Shown: positions 40,825 to 50,842, counted from the stretch's first letter. The stretch is 64,000 bases of DNA from Nitrospirales bacterium (GCA_963555755.3 OY820905.2:4128001-4192000); one strand, 5' to 3'. Numbers and translations are program-made. The notes: generated by a model from the letters alone, not told the origin.

Positions 40825-41253
40825 CCTAGAAACAGCAATTGGATCACAAAAGTCCGCGCAAGCTCTCAGGGTCCGTCACGAAATAACCGGGACAATTGGC
40901 CGAGACGATTTTGGAGCGAGCCAAGGAGCGAAGAGCGCGCATACCGGGAGTATGGAAGCGATGAGCGACGCCGGCGGAGCCCAAAAGCGTCCGGCCCTGC
41001 GGGGAGGCCCATCTTTGGCCCGGGGCAGCGTTGCTCCTCGGTCACAGAGCCCCGCTCTGCTCCCTCGTCGCGCCTTGCCCCGATCACAAATCTGGGCCTC
41101 CCAATTGTCCCGGTTATTTCGTGACGGACCCTTAGCGCACCTGATAAAATACAAAAATGTCTTATCACCACCGAGGTGACTACGACTTTTTGTATTTCAC
41201 CATGCACACCAATATCTTACACGGCTTTTTTGCGCCCAACTGCCGTTTCTAGG
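40825..41253 (+). mobile_element. MITE family B copy 1 (429 bp)
   Basis: TIR CCTAGAAAC.GCA.TTGG; 5-bp target duplication TTCAA; near-identical to 60481-60909. Confidence 0.93.
40869..41131. mobile_element. MITE family C (263 bp) nested in B
   Basis: Perfect ~31-bp TIR GGGTCCGTCACGAAATAACCGGGACAATTGG; flanks TCA / TTA. Confidence 0.85.
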
Positions 41254-42931
41254 TTCAAGCGCTCTCGAAAGCCGTGACCGGCGGCGTGTTCGATGTCACC
41301 GAATTTTATTCCGAATATCCTCATCGAAAAGAGTTGGGATTTTATGAAACCTTCCAAAGTGTGTTTGACGACCTGTTGTTTAGTTACCTGGTTGGGCGTC
41401 CCAAAAAGACCGAAAACGAACCCCTGCCCAAAGATGAGCACGGGGTCTTGGTGGTATTTATTGACGACTTGGATCGCTGTCCGAAAGACCGCGTTATCAA
41501 GGTGCTCGAAACCATCAAACTCTTTATGGACAAGCCGGGCTGCATGTTTGTTCTTGGAGCTGATCGGATGGTCATCGAATCCGCGCTTCGCCCCACGTAC
41601 TCGGGGGAGGGCGAAGCTGAAAAGTTCATGGACAAAATCGTACAGGTGACGTTTTCGTTACCCAAAGTGGCCCATGACGATATTCAGAAATTTATGGTGA
41701 AACAGGCTCCTGAACATCAAGCGCTTATGGAGGAATTTGCTCCGCTCATTGCACGTGTGCTGGACCATAATATTCGATCCGTGAAGCGGTTTCTCAATAA
41801 CATGAATTTGATGACCAGTCTCGCCAACAATGCTGGTACGAACGTGTCAAAATATCCGGACGCCATCTTACGATGGAGCATTGTCGATTATGTGTATCCG
41901 CAATTAGCCAAACTCATGAAAGAGGACGTGCAGTACGTGCAGGTGATGGTGGAAAAAATCACCAAACTGGAAGAGAAACAGTCAGCCGATGAGTGGACCC
42001 TCACCGATGAGATGGTGAGAGACCTGGGCATCCCAGATCCCGTAGTGAAGTATTTACGTGAGAAAAAAGTTGTGGATTTGGTGAAGGATCTTCCTACGGA
42101 GGAAGGAGTCATGGAAGGGTTGATGCGCCTCTCGGCCACGACCGAATCTGCGGAAGAAAAACGTGAAAAAGAAGCCGTCCTTGGTCCCCGTGTCGAGGCC
42201 AATATGGTCACGGTTGAAAAAGGACCATTCCTTTATGGTGAGGAACCAGAGGAACACGTCATTCCCAATGATTTCGAGATCGATATTTATCCTGTGACGA
42301 ACGAGCAGTTCCGGCAATTTGTGGAGGGAGGAGGATATGCCAACGAAGACCTCTGGTCCAAAGACGGATGGAAGTGGAAAGAGAAGCAAAAAGCGAGTCA
42401 ACCTAAATATTGGAATGACAACAAATGGAACCAGCCTGATCACCCCGTCGTCGGCGTGACCTGGTTCGAGGCCGAGGCCTTTGCCCGTTCAGTGGGAAAG
42501 CGGCTCCCAACGGAAGAAGAATGGGAAAAGGCCGCACGAGGAAAAGAAGGCCAGATCTACTCCTGGGAGGGTGAATTTGATTCAGCCAAATGCAACAATG
42601 CTGCATCGGGTAGTGAAGGCACGACCCCTGTCACAAAATATGTCAAAGGCCGGAGTCCCTATGGTTGCTATGACATGGCCGGCAATGTGTGGGAATGGAC
42701 GGATAGCTTGTATGACCAAGATAAGGATAGACGCGTGCTGCGCGGGGGTTCCTGGTTCTATGGAGCCGACTTCCTGCGTGCCTCATTCCGGGGCAGGGAC
42801 GCGCCGTCGGACAGGGACGACAATGTTGGGTTTCGGTGTGCCAGGACGTCCTCTTAACCCTTTACCCTTTGACTCTTTTTCCTTTTCCTCTTTGTATTTT
42901 CTTGAATCGACGACTGGGGCATCCACGGTCA

Positions 42932-42952
42932 GGTGGGCGATGCCCACCCTGC
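42932..42952 (-). repeat. GTAG-type REP palindrome (inverted copy)
   Basis: Reverse complement reads GCAG-GGTGGGCATCGCCCACC. Confidence 0.65.
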
Positions 42953-43043
42953 AAATATTTCCAGGTGGGATGTCGTTGAAGAGAAAGCTCTTTTTGCTGA
43001 TTCTGTTGGAAACAGGTTGACATGTATGCTAAAGAACCAGGTG

Positions 43044-43382
43044 ATGTCTAATCTTCTTACCTACCCACCAGTGACTGAATTGCTTCTGGCTGAAATGGTG
43101 AGATGCATTCTTTCTGTTGGTACTCCACAAAAAATTGTTTTATTTGGTTCTCGAGCGAGAGGAGACTCTCGTCCCGATAGCGATTTGGACCTTTTGATTA
43201 TTGAAGATTCAGAGCTTCCCCGGTATCAGCGATCGGCGCGCTACCGTCGTGCGCTCTGCGGTCTCTTTCCTGCAAAAGATGTTGTGGTGTGGACCCCCGC
43301 TGAGGTTGAGGAATGGCGAGAAGTTCCTAATGCCTTTATCACGACTGTGTTAGCAGAAGGCAAAGTACTGTATGAAAAATAG
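43044..43382 (+). CDS. Minimal nucleotidyltransferase (MNT antitoxin); start uncertain
   Basis: 'IVLFGSRARGD..PDSDLDLLII'. Confidence 0.9.
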   Translation: MSNLLTYPPVTELLLAEMVRCILSVGTPQKIVLFGSRARGDSRPDSDLDLLIIEDSELPRYQRSARYRRALCGLFPAKDVVVWTPAEVEEWREVPNAFITTVLAEGKVLYEK

Positions 43383-43770
43383 GGAGGCGTTGGCTCAAGG
43401 TTGGTTTCGGAAGGGAGATAGCGACCTTGCGGATGCTCGACGAACTATCGAAAGCGATGGGCCATATGATACCGCCTGTTTCCATTCGCAACAGGCGGTC
43501 GAGAAATACCTAAAAGGGTTCTTATCTTGGCGGGGATTTGAGATTCCCCGGACCCATGATTTAGAGGAGCTTCAAAGGCAATGTCTTCAAGAGGAAGACA
43601 TCGGTGGTCTTAGCGAATTAGATCTTACTGAACTGACTGGCTATGCTGTTGAGCTGAGATATGATGCTGATTTCTGGCCTCCTCAAGCTACGGCAGAAGA
43701 GGCACTGGAAATAGCTGGAAAGGTCAAAGCGTTAATGCTTGGTCATGTTCCAGATTCGGCCAAGCCCTGA
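43372..43770 (+). CDS. HEPN-domain protein
   Basis: 'ACFHSQQAVEKYLKG...PRTHDL...VELRY'; overlaps the MNT gene. Confidence 0.9.
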   Translation: MKNREALAQGWFRKGDSDLADARRTIESDGPYDTACFHSQQAVEKYLKGFLSWRGFEIPRTHDLEELQRQCLQEEDIGGLSELDLTELTGYAVELRYDADFWPPQATAEEALEIAGKVKALMLGHVPDSAKP

Positions 43771-43785
43771 AGAATTGATGGTATC

Positions 43786-44316
43786 CTACTCTTCTGACAC
43801 TGTGACGGTCATGGGTGCGGGGTCGAGAGGGTTATCGTTGTCGTCACGGGGGAGAGCCACGATCTTATCTACCACGTCCATGCCTTTCATCACTTTGGCG
43901 AACGCTGAATAGGTTCGGTCAAGGCTGCTGTTATCTTCCACGCAGATAAAAAACTGTGAGCCATTGTCTGACACGTCGCGGGTCCTGTCTTCGTTCCGTG
44001 GTACTTTGGCCATGGACACGGTTCCTCGTCGGTGGGGCTGGTCGCTGGGTTCGGGGTTCAGGGTAAACCCAGGGCCACCTTGGCCGTGCATGCTTCGATC
44101 CGGCTCTTTACTGAACGGGTCTCCACCCTGAATGATAAATCCAGGTACGACGCGGTGAAAGGAGGTACCATCATAAAATCCGATCTTGGCGAGGCTCAGA
44201 AAGTTTTCAACGTGGATAGGGGCCATGTCCGGGTAGAAACGGATGGTGATGTCTCCAAACTTGGTGGAGATGACGACTTTGGGATTTTTTTTCTTGAAAG
44301 TAATAGGTGCGCTCAT
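43786..44316 (-). CDS. Cyclophilin-type peptidyl-prolyl isomerase
   Basis: 'GFYDGTSFHRVVPGFIIQGGDP', 'GSQFFI'. Confidence 0.95.
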   Translation of the reverse strand: MSAPITFKKKNPKVVISTKFGDITIRFYPDMAPIHVENFLSLAKIGFYDGTSFHRVVPGFIIQGGDPFSKEPDRSMHGQGGPGFTLNPEPSDQPHRRGTVSMAKVPRNEDRTRDVSDNGSQFFICVEDNSSLDRTYSAFAKVMKGMDVVDKIVALPRDDNDNPLDPAPMTVTVSEE

Positions 44317-44533
44317 CCGGCGAATGTATCAGGGGAGGTGGGGGGCTTTCAAGGATCAAAAGCCACAATGATTCCCGTAGCAAGCTGACAGTGTATTCAG
44401 GGGATAAACGAAATACTAAATCCCCCTAACCCACTTTTTCAAAGGGGGGAACTTCTTCGTGACATTGTCAGCCACAGGGAGTACCCCGTTTACCTTCCTT
44501 TTTTGGCAGTGTACAAGGCGCGGGTTTGCATAT

Positions 44534-45856
44534 TTATTCACCACCAGTATTGGTCTTCAAACCATCTCTTGGCCGAATTTTTAACCACGCCAAGGCTCCC
44601 AAAAGGGCCATGGCTGCGGCGACCCCGAGTGAGACGGACCAGCCGAATTGATTGGCGAGCCAGGGTGTGAGTGTGGGGGAGAGGGTCCCGCCGAGATTGG
44701 CGCCGGTGTTCATGAGTCCCGAGAGCGTGCCGGCGTGGGTTTTGGAAAGGTCGACGGGGATACTCCAGAACGCGCCAATGGTGAAATACAGCCAGCCTGC
44801 ACCGAGCGATAAAAAGCCAATGGCCCAGAATGGGGCCTCGATGAGCGCGCCGATGATGATAAACAAGGCTGCCAGTGCCATTCCTGCTACTCCAATTAAA
44901 GACCGTCCTTTGTTCACTCCGAGACGTCTGGACAATTGATCGGTCAGCCAACCGCCTAGGGGACAAAAAATAGTCATAGCGATGAACGGGCTGGATGCGA
45001 AGATCGCACCGCGCAATACGCTGAAGCCCCGTTCATCGACTAAATACAGATAAAACCACGACATGTACACGTAGGCGACGTATCCGAAACAGGTGTAGCT
45101 CAACACGAGCCACCGTACGCTGGGGGTGTGGGCAAACGCCTTCCAGGGAACGGGTGGGGGCCTGTCTGCGATATTGTGCGGGGGGCTGTCGCCGCGGATA
45201 AGGGCGGCTTCCTGCGCATTCACGCGTGGATGTTCTTCCGGGCGATCCGTGGCAAACCAAAACCAAATAAAAGCAATGACTACACCAAGGGCACCGGCCA
45301 CATAAAATGCCGTCTGCCAGCCGTAATTCACCATGATCCAGGCGGTGATGGGAGGCGTCAGCGCCAATCCTATTCCAATGCCGCTGATTGTCAGGGCAAT
45401 GCCGAATCCACGCTCATGCGGCCCACACCAATTGGCCACGGTCCGATTGAAATTGGGCAAGGCCGCGGCTTCGCCAACGCCAATCAAGAACCTCACGATC
45501 ATGAGTGACCCCCAAATCCCCATCGCTCCAGCGAGAAACGAGGTTGGGGCCAGGGCCGTCAATGCTGTAAACATTGACCACCAGATCACGGCCAGAGTCA
45601 GGATTTTCCGGGGACCCCATCGGTCGCCCGCCCAACCTCCTGGGATTTGAAACAAGGCATACCCAAACACGAAAGCGGAAAAAATTTGGCCCATCTGGAC
45701 ATTGGTGAGGCCGAGTGCGGGCATCATGTGCCGGGCCGTGATCGAGATATTGACGCGGTCGATATACGTAATGATGCTGATCAGAAAGAGGAGGGCTAGA
45801 ATAATCCAGCGTGTGTGCGAGGGCTTGAGGGTGGCTGAAGTAGTGGGCATCATCAT
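44534..45856 (-). CDS. MFS transporter (anion:cation symporter, GudP/DgoT-like)
   Basis: 'YIDRVNIS', 'QIPGGWAGDRWGPR', 'RFLIGVGEA'; about 12 TM segments. Confidence 0.9.
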   Translation of the reverse strand: MMMPTTSATLKPSHTRWIILALLFLISIITYIDRVNISITARHMMPALGLTNVQMGQIFSAFVFGYALFQIPGGWAGDRWGPRKILTLAVIWWSMFTALTALAPTSFLAGAMGIWGSLMIVRFLIGVGEAAALPNFNRTVANWCGPHERGFGIALTISGIGIGLALTPPITAWIMVNYGWQTAFYVAGALGVVIAFIWFWFATDRPEEHPRVNAQEAALIRGDSPPHNIADRPPPVPWKAFAHTPSVRWLVLSYTCFGYVAYVYMSWFYLYLVDERGFSVLRGAIFASSPFIAMTIFCPLGGWLTDQLSRRLGVNKGRSLIGVAGMALAALFIIIGALIEAPFWAIGFLSLGAGWLYFTIGAFWSIPVDLSKTHAGTLSGLMNTGANLGGTLSPTLTPWLANQFGWSVSLGVAAAMALLGALAWLKIRPRDGLKTNTGGE

Positions 45857-46028
45857 GTTCGTGAGCACTGTAAAGGGGTTTGCTGGGGAATGCCAGATTT
45901 CCCCCCTCCTCTGCGGGTAAAAAAATTCCCTGTTGAACTTTATCCCAGTCCATGATAGATGGGAGCCACTCGCCAGCCAGTTTGTAGGTGATTTTTCTTA
46001 CGGAAAAATTTATTGAGGAGGGAGAGCG

Positions 46029-46994
46029 ATGGCAGCGACAGCTAAGAAGAAACCGAAGGCCAAGACCAAGGCCAAGATCAAGGCCAAGCCCAAGACTAAG
46101 ACCAAGACCAAGACCAAGAAGGGTTCAACGTCCGTCTCCAAAGCCAAGGTCAAAAAAGTTGCCAAGAAGTCGGTTTCCAAGTCCACCAAATCCAAGGCCA
46201 CCAAATCCAAACCCAAATCAGGAAAAGCCAAAAATAAGGCCACGGCATCTAAGGCAAAACTAAAAAGTCAGAAAAAAGTGGTCAAGGCGAGAACTGGTAA
46301 GGTGGCTAAACCGAAAGCCAAAAGTGCGAAAAAATCAAAGGCAGCAAAAAGGTCTTTGGTAAAAAAGAAGACGGGGTCCAAGGGCACCGTGTCTAAAAAA
46401 ACATCAAAGACAAAATTGTCTGCAAAGGCCAAGAAGCCTGCAAAGAGTGCAGCGGTTAAACCGAAGAAAAAAATACGACCCAAGAAAACGACGAAGAGTC
46501 GCATAAAACCAAAGGTCAAAGCTGCGTCCAAAGCCAAGCCCATTCAGCGTTCGGGAAAAGTTGCAAAACCTAGTCGGGCCAAAGCAAAGACAATCGTCAA
46601 GAGCGCAACTCAGAAAAGCTCGAAACTAAAGAAGGGGGTTTCGCCCAAAAAGGTCTCCGCAGTCGCTGCTCCCTCAAAGAAACGAGTGGCCCCGGCCAAG
46701 TCTGAGGTGGCGGAAGTCAAAAAAGTCCGGGCATCCGTGGCTCCAGGTACTCTTGAAAAAGATATAGCTGGCGTGGAAGATAAAGGGGCCGATGACCTTT
46801 CTTCAGATGTTGATGATGTTGCCGATGAATTGGGCGGTGATTTCAATGAGGAGGATGACCTTTCTGGTATGACCGATGAATTGGATGATGACCTCACCGA
46901 AGATGTATCAGAAGAATTGGATACAGAAAAATTTTTTCGGGATACCGACGCCGGACTCGATGATGACGATGGCAGTATCCCGCAGAGGTGGTAG
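46029..46994 (+). CDS. Histone H1-like Lys/Ala/Ser-rich protein with acidic C-terminal tail
   Basis: Long K/A/S/T/P-rich region followed by ~70 D/E-rich residues; RBS GAGGAGGGAG. Confidence 0.75.
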   Translation: MAATAKKKPKAKTKAKIKAKPKTKTKTKTKKGSTSVSKAKVKKVAKKSVSKSTKSKATKSKPKSGKAKNKATASKAKLKSQKKVVKARTGKVAKPKAKSAKKSKAAKRSLVKKKTGSKGTVSKKTSKTKLSAKAKKPAKSAAVKPKKKIRPKKTTKSRIKPKVKAASKAKPIQRSGKVAKPSRAKAKTIVKSATQKSSKLKKGVSPKKVSAVAAPSKKRVAPAKSEVAEVKKVRASVAPGTLEKDIAGVEDKGADDLSSDVDDVADELGGDFNEEDDLSGMTDELDDDLTEDVSEELDTEKFFRDTDAGLDDDDGSIPQRW

Positions 46995-47104
46995 TGGAAA
47001 AGTAAAGCGTATGCCGTGATGCGTGATCTGTAGGGGAAAAAGATGTATTTTTTTGTACGGTTTACGCATCACGATTTCGAAGTGCATTATTTTAGGAGGA
47101 ATAC

Positions 47105-47761
47105 ATGTCTGAGTCAGTGAGTTTGCCTCGAATTGGGGATCCAGCCCCGGATTTTCAAGCAGTCACAACGTTTTCCAGTAATTTTGGTTTTACTGTCTGG
47201 CAAGAGCAGGACTGGGTGGTTCTCTTTTCACATCCGGCAGACTTTACACCCGTTTGTACGACCGAGTTGGTTGAGTTCGCACGACGGCACGAGGAATTTC
47301 GCAACAGGGGCGTCAAATTGCTCGGAATTAGTGTGGACAGCATTCATTCCCATTTGGCGTGGCTGGAAAACATTAAGCAAAAAATGGGTGTGACGATCCC
47401 CTATCCCATGGTGGCGGATATCGATATGCGGATCTCGCATCTATATGGCATGATCCATCCCGGCGCGAGTACGACGGCCACGGTCCGTGCCCTGTTTGTC
47501 ATCGATCCCAAACGCGTGATTCGTGCGCTGATTTACTATCCCATGAATGCCGGTCGCAATGTTGATGAAGTGTTGCGCCTCGTGACCGCGCTTCAAACGG
47601 CTGAGCAATATTCCTGCGCGACTCCGGTGAATTGGAAGGAAGGGGAAAAAGTGGTGGTCCCGCCTCCCAAGACCGTTGAGGAGGTCGCCGAGCGGCTCAG
47701 TCATCCTGACCGAGAAGTCAAAGACTTTTACCTGACCCTGAAAGATCCCAAGGCGCAATAA
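47105..47761 (+). CDS. Peroxiredoxin (Prx6 type)
   Basis: 'FSHPADFTPVCTTE', 'YYPMNAGRN', 'TPVNW'. Confidence 0.95.
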   Translation: MSESVSLPRIGDPAPDFQAVTTFSSNFGFTVWQEQDWVVLFSHPADFTPVCTTELVEFARRHEEFRNRGVKLLGISVDSIHSHLAWLENIKQKMGVTIPYPMVADIDMRISHLYGMIHPGASTTATVRALFVIDPKRVIRALIYYPMNAGRNVDEVLRLVTALQTAEQYSCATPVNWKEGEKVVVPPPKTVEEVAERLSHPDREVKDFYLTLKDPKAQ

Positions 47762-47898
47762 AGTTCCGGAATACCGTTTGGTGTGACGGCAGGTTCCCAA
47801 CCCGTTTGAGTTCCTGTCTTTCCGCGACTCGGCAAGTTTTGGTCTTATGACTGACTCGGTGCTCTGCCTGGTCCTATGCTGCCCAACAGTCACTATCC

Positions 47899-49017
47899 GT
47901 GTTATCAATGACCCGAAATATTCTTGTAAGGCAGGCATGGGCTTCTGTTCGTGTTGTTGGGGTATTGATGGTGTGGGCCATGACGACGGCTATGGCCGGT
48001 GGCCCTTGCCGCGTTGAACAGCCATCTCAGACGACATCTCCCATGCTGGTGCGAATATTAGTCGGTGATTGTTCGGAGGAAGATCGGAGGTTGTTGGCTA
48101 TTTCGGCCCAAGACGTGTTCGTGGCGCTTCAGCTTGGGCAGGGGGTCGAGCTAGATGGGGTTACGCTGACCGGGGATCTCATGTTGGATGATCTTCCACT
48201 CGAGCCAATTCCCGATGAAGATCAGTTGCCAGCATTCGTCAGGGAGCGATTCGATCGGGAATCGCTCATAGAAGTTCGTGTGGTGAAGGGGCCTCTCATT
48301 CTTCGTGATGTCGAGGTGGAGGGGGTTCTCGCGACGAATTTACTGAATCGTGGGTACGTGATTGTTCAGGGGCCGGTCTCCATTACCGGGAGTACGTTTC
48401 AACGCTCTCTTGATTTCTCAAGGACCATTTTTCAAGATTCCGTGGATTTTTCAGAAAACACTATTGGCTATGAAGGATTTTTTATTCAAGCCGTGTTCCT
48501 GAAAAATGCCACTTTTACCCAAACAGCATTCGGAACGCATTCCCGATTTCATAAAGCCGTGTTTGCGGGAAAGGCGTTGTTTCAGGAGGCGGTGTTTCAT
48601 GGGATAGCCGAATTTTTAGAAATAGGGTTTGAAAAGGAAGCCGATTTTTCAAATGCTCGCTTTGTGCAGGGTACGGGATTTTCGGGAAGCCACTTTCGTG
48701 AAGTGCCGAATTTTTCCGAAGCGACGTTTGAGCGGGAAACCTATTTCCGATTTTCGCAATTTGAAAAGGGAGCCAACTTTCGAGGAGGAGTGTTCCGCAA
48801 GGCAGCGGACTTTACCGAGGCGACCTTTGGCGGAGAATCTGACTTTTCCAGGGTCGTGTTTGAAGAGCCTCCTCAATTCACGGATGAGGGTTTGGCCAAC
48901 CAATTCCGTTCCCTCAATGGTCTCCAGGACCCCAAAAATCAAGCAGGCCTATTTGTCATAGCCGGGCTATTTTTGGTATTTTTCTATTTCCTGCTTAGGA
49001 AGAAAAGGAGTAAATAG
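47899..49017 (+). CDS. Pentapeptide-repeat membrane-anchored protein (start uncertain)
   Basis: Repeated 'A.F..A.F' units; N-terminal signal-like segment and C-terminal TM followed by a basic tail. Confidence 0.75.
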   Translation: MLSMTRNILVRQAWASVRVVGVLMVWAMTTAMAGGPCRVEQPSQTTSPMLVRILVGDCSEEDRRLLAISAQDVFVALQLGQGVELDGVTLTGDLMLDDLPLEPIPDEDQLPAFVRERFDRESLIEVRVVKGPLILRDVEVEGVLATNLLNRGYVIVQGPVSITGSTFQRSLDFSRTIFQDSVDFSENTIGYEGFFIQAVFLKNATFTQTAFGTHSRFHKAVFAGKALFQEAVFHGIAEFLEIGFEKEADFSNARFVQGTGFSGSHFREVPNFSEATFERETYFRFSQFEKGANFRGGVFRKAADFTEATFGGESDFSRVVFEEPPQFTDEGLANQFRSLNGLQDPKNQAGLFVIAGLFLVFFYFLLRKKRSK

Positions 49018-49230
49018 TGAGGGAGTCAGGAGTGACAGCGAAAGAGCCTTTTCCTGGTCTTTCCACCCCCCACAGAAAGTCCCCTCAGACACAAGATGTA
49101 GGATATTAGGTTGCCAGTATCCACTAAAAGTGGTATACCCTTGACGGTAATGGGTGAGGGGAAAGAGCGAAAAAATCACCCTTTCTAACTCATTTCTTTT
49201 ACTCATTACGCTTTTCGCATCACGGTTTCT

Positions 49231-50055
49231 ATGGAACACATCGAAATCCCGTACGAGGTCAAACTGGACGCCTTCACCGGGCCGCTTGACCTGTTGTTGC
49301 ACCTCATCCGAAAGCATGAGGTCAATATTTATGATATCCCCATTTCGCTCGTCACCAAGCAATATTTGGAATACATCAACCTCATGAAGGAACTCAATCT
49401 GTCTTTTGCAGGGGAGTTCCTGGTCATGGCGGCGACGCTGATCCAAATTAAATCACGAATGTTGCTTCCTCAGGAGGCAGAAGCTCCCATGGAGGATGAG
49501 GAGGGCGAAGATCCTCGGAGCGAACTCGTTCGGCGTCTTATTGAATATCAACAGTTCAAAGATGTGGCGGGACAATTAACGGAGCAGGAAAAAATTTGGC
49601 GAGACATGTTCCAGCGTGAACCTGTTCACGTGGCGTCGGTTCGCGACGTGCTGATGGATGATGTCAGCATGTATGATTTGTTGGGTGCACTTCAGGAAGT
49701 GTTAGGGCGCACGGAAGCGCCAATGTCTGTGGTGGAAATTACTCCTGATACGTGGACCGTTCAGGACCGGATCAATGGAATTGTCGAGCGGCTGGAAGAG
49801 ACTCCCACCATCAACTTCTCGTCCTTGTTCGATGATGCCACCACACGCTTACTGGTAATTGTGACGTTTTTAGCGTTGCTAGAGCTGGTACGGATGAACT
49901 TAGTTCGAATTTTTCAGGGCGATTTGTTTGGTCCTATTCGTCTCTCGCGGACGTTTTTGGCTGGGCAGGGGTTGGATGAGGCCGAGAGGCTCATGGAATC
50001 TGAAGGATCAGATTCCATGAATAATGGAGGGGTGAATGGGAACAGATACCACTGA
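49231..50055 (+). CDS. scpA: Segregation/condensation protein A
   Basis: 'FTGPLDLLLHLI...DIPI', 'FLVMAATL..IKSRMLLP', 'TFLALLEL'. Confidence 0.96.
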   Translation: MEHIEIPYEVKLDAFTGPLDLLLHLIRKHEVNIYDIPISLVTKQYLEYINLMKELNLSFAGEFLVMAATLIQIKSRMLLPQEAEAPMEDEEGEDPRSELVRRLIEYQQFKDVAGQLTEQEKIWRDMFQREPVHVASVRDVLMDDVSMYDLLGALQEVLGRTEAPMSVVEITPDTWTVQDRINGIVERLEETPTINFSSLFDDATTRLLVIVTFLALLELVRMNLVRIFQGDLFGPIRLSRTFLAGQGLDEAERLMESEGSDSMNNGGVNGNRYH

Positions 50056-50842
50056 AAACGAATTGAAAATTCAATCGGCGTCAGAAGACGTGGGAGTGAC
50101 TGAAGCGATGGGGCTGACTCCTGAGCAACCCCCTGCCAGTGATGAGGCTCCTCTGTTGGAAATTGGTGGGGTGACTGATTCGTTAGATGAGCAAGAGTTA
50201 AAAGGAATTATTGAATCGTTACTCTATGTTTCGCATGAGCCCTTAACGGTGGATAAAGTGACGACGGTGTTAGCCGGCCCACCTAGGGTGGTGGTGAACA
50301 ACGCCATCCGCGCCTTGCAACAGGACTATGATCAGGAAGGGCGGGGTTTACACATCGTGGAATTGGCCGGTGGTTTTTCCATGATCACGCGTGCCGACTG
50401 TGCCCCATGGATTACGCGACTGCAAAAAGTGAAAGCCTCTGCAAAAGTCTCTCGTTCCGCCATGGAGACATTGGCGATTATTGCCTATAAACAACCGATT
50501 GTGCGGTCTGAGATTGAACAGATTCGAGGCGTGGAAACGTCAGGGGTCTTGCGTACATTGCTGGATCAAAAATTGATTCGCATGGTGGGACGAAAAGACA
50601 TCCCCGGCCGGCCGATCTTGTACGGGACGAGCAAGGTGTTTCTCCAGCGGTTTGGCTTGCGCGATCTTCGAGATTTGCCTCCTCTGCGTGAGTGTAAGGA
50701 ATTGGGCCTAGGGGATACGCCAGATTTGTTCAGTGAAGACACCCTTGCCCTGTTTGATGAGAATGAAACCGTCGAGTCTGAAGATACGCTCCAAGAACCA
50801 AGCCTGGATGAACAGCCAGCCATGGTCCAGGAAGGGTCATAG
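50036..50842 (+). CDS. scpB: Segregation/condensation protein B
   Basis: 'ETLAIIAYKQP..RSEIEQIRGV', 'GRPILYGTS..FL..FGL'. Confidence 0.96.
   Translation: MGTDTTENELKIQSASEDVGVTEAMGLTPEQPPASDEAPLLEIGGVTDSLDEQELKGIIESLLYVSHEPLTVDKVTTVLAGPPRVVVNNAIRALQQDYDQEGRGLHIVELAGGFSMITRADCAPWITRLQKVKASAKVSRSAMETLAIIAYKQPIVRSEIEQIRGVETSGVLRTLLDQKLIRMVGRKDIPGRPILYGTSKVFLQRFGLRDLRDLPPLRECKELGLGDTPDLFSEDTLALFDENETVESEDTLQEPSLDEQPAMVQEGS

Larger units (their letters stand above)
40426..42857 (+). pseudogene. KAP-family P-loop NTPase fused to a C-terminal FGE-sulfatase (C-type lectin fold) domain, interrupted by MITE B
   Basis: Walker A 'GIYGPWGSGKT', 'WFQAWKY', Walker B 'VVFIDDLDRC', 'FMDKIVQV'; FGE motifs 'PVTNEQF', 'HPVVGVTW', 'RLPTEEEWEKAARG', 'DMAGNVWEW', 'GFRC'. 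Removing 434 bp gives one 665-aa ORF. Confidence 0.92.

Noticed and set aside
40685..41207. ORFs of 92-164 aa within MITE B/C (repeated at 60407-60863) as a transposase
   Set aside because: No DDE or HUH motif, and the ends encode mirror peptides from the TIRs.
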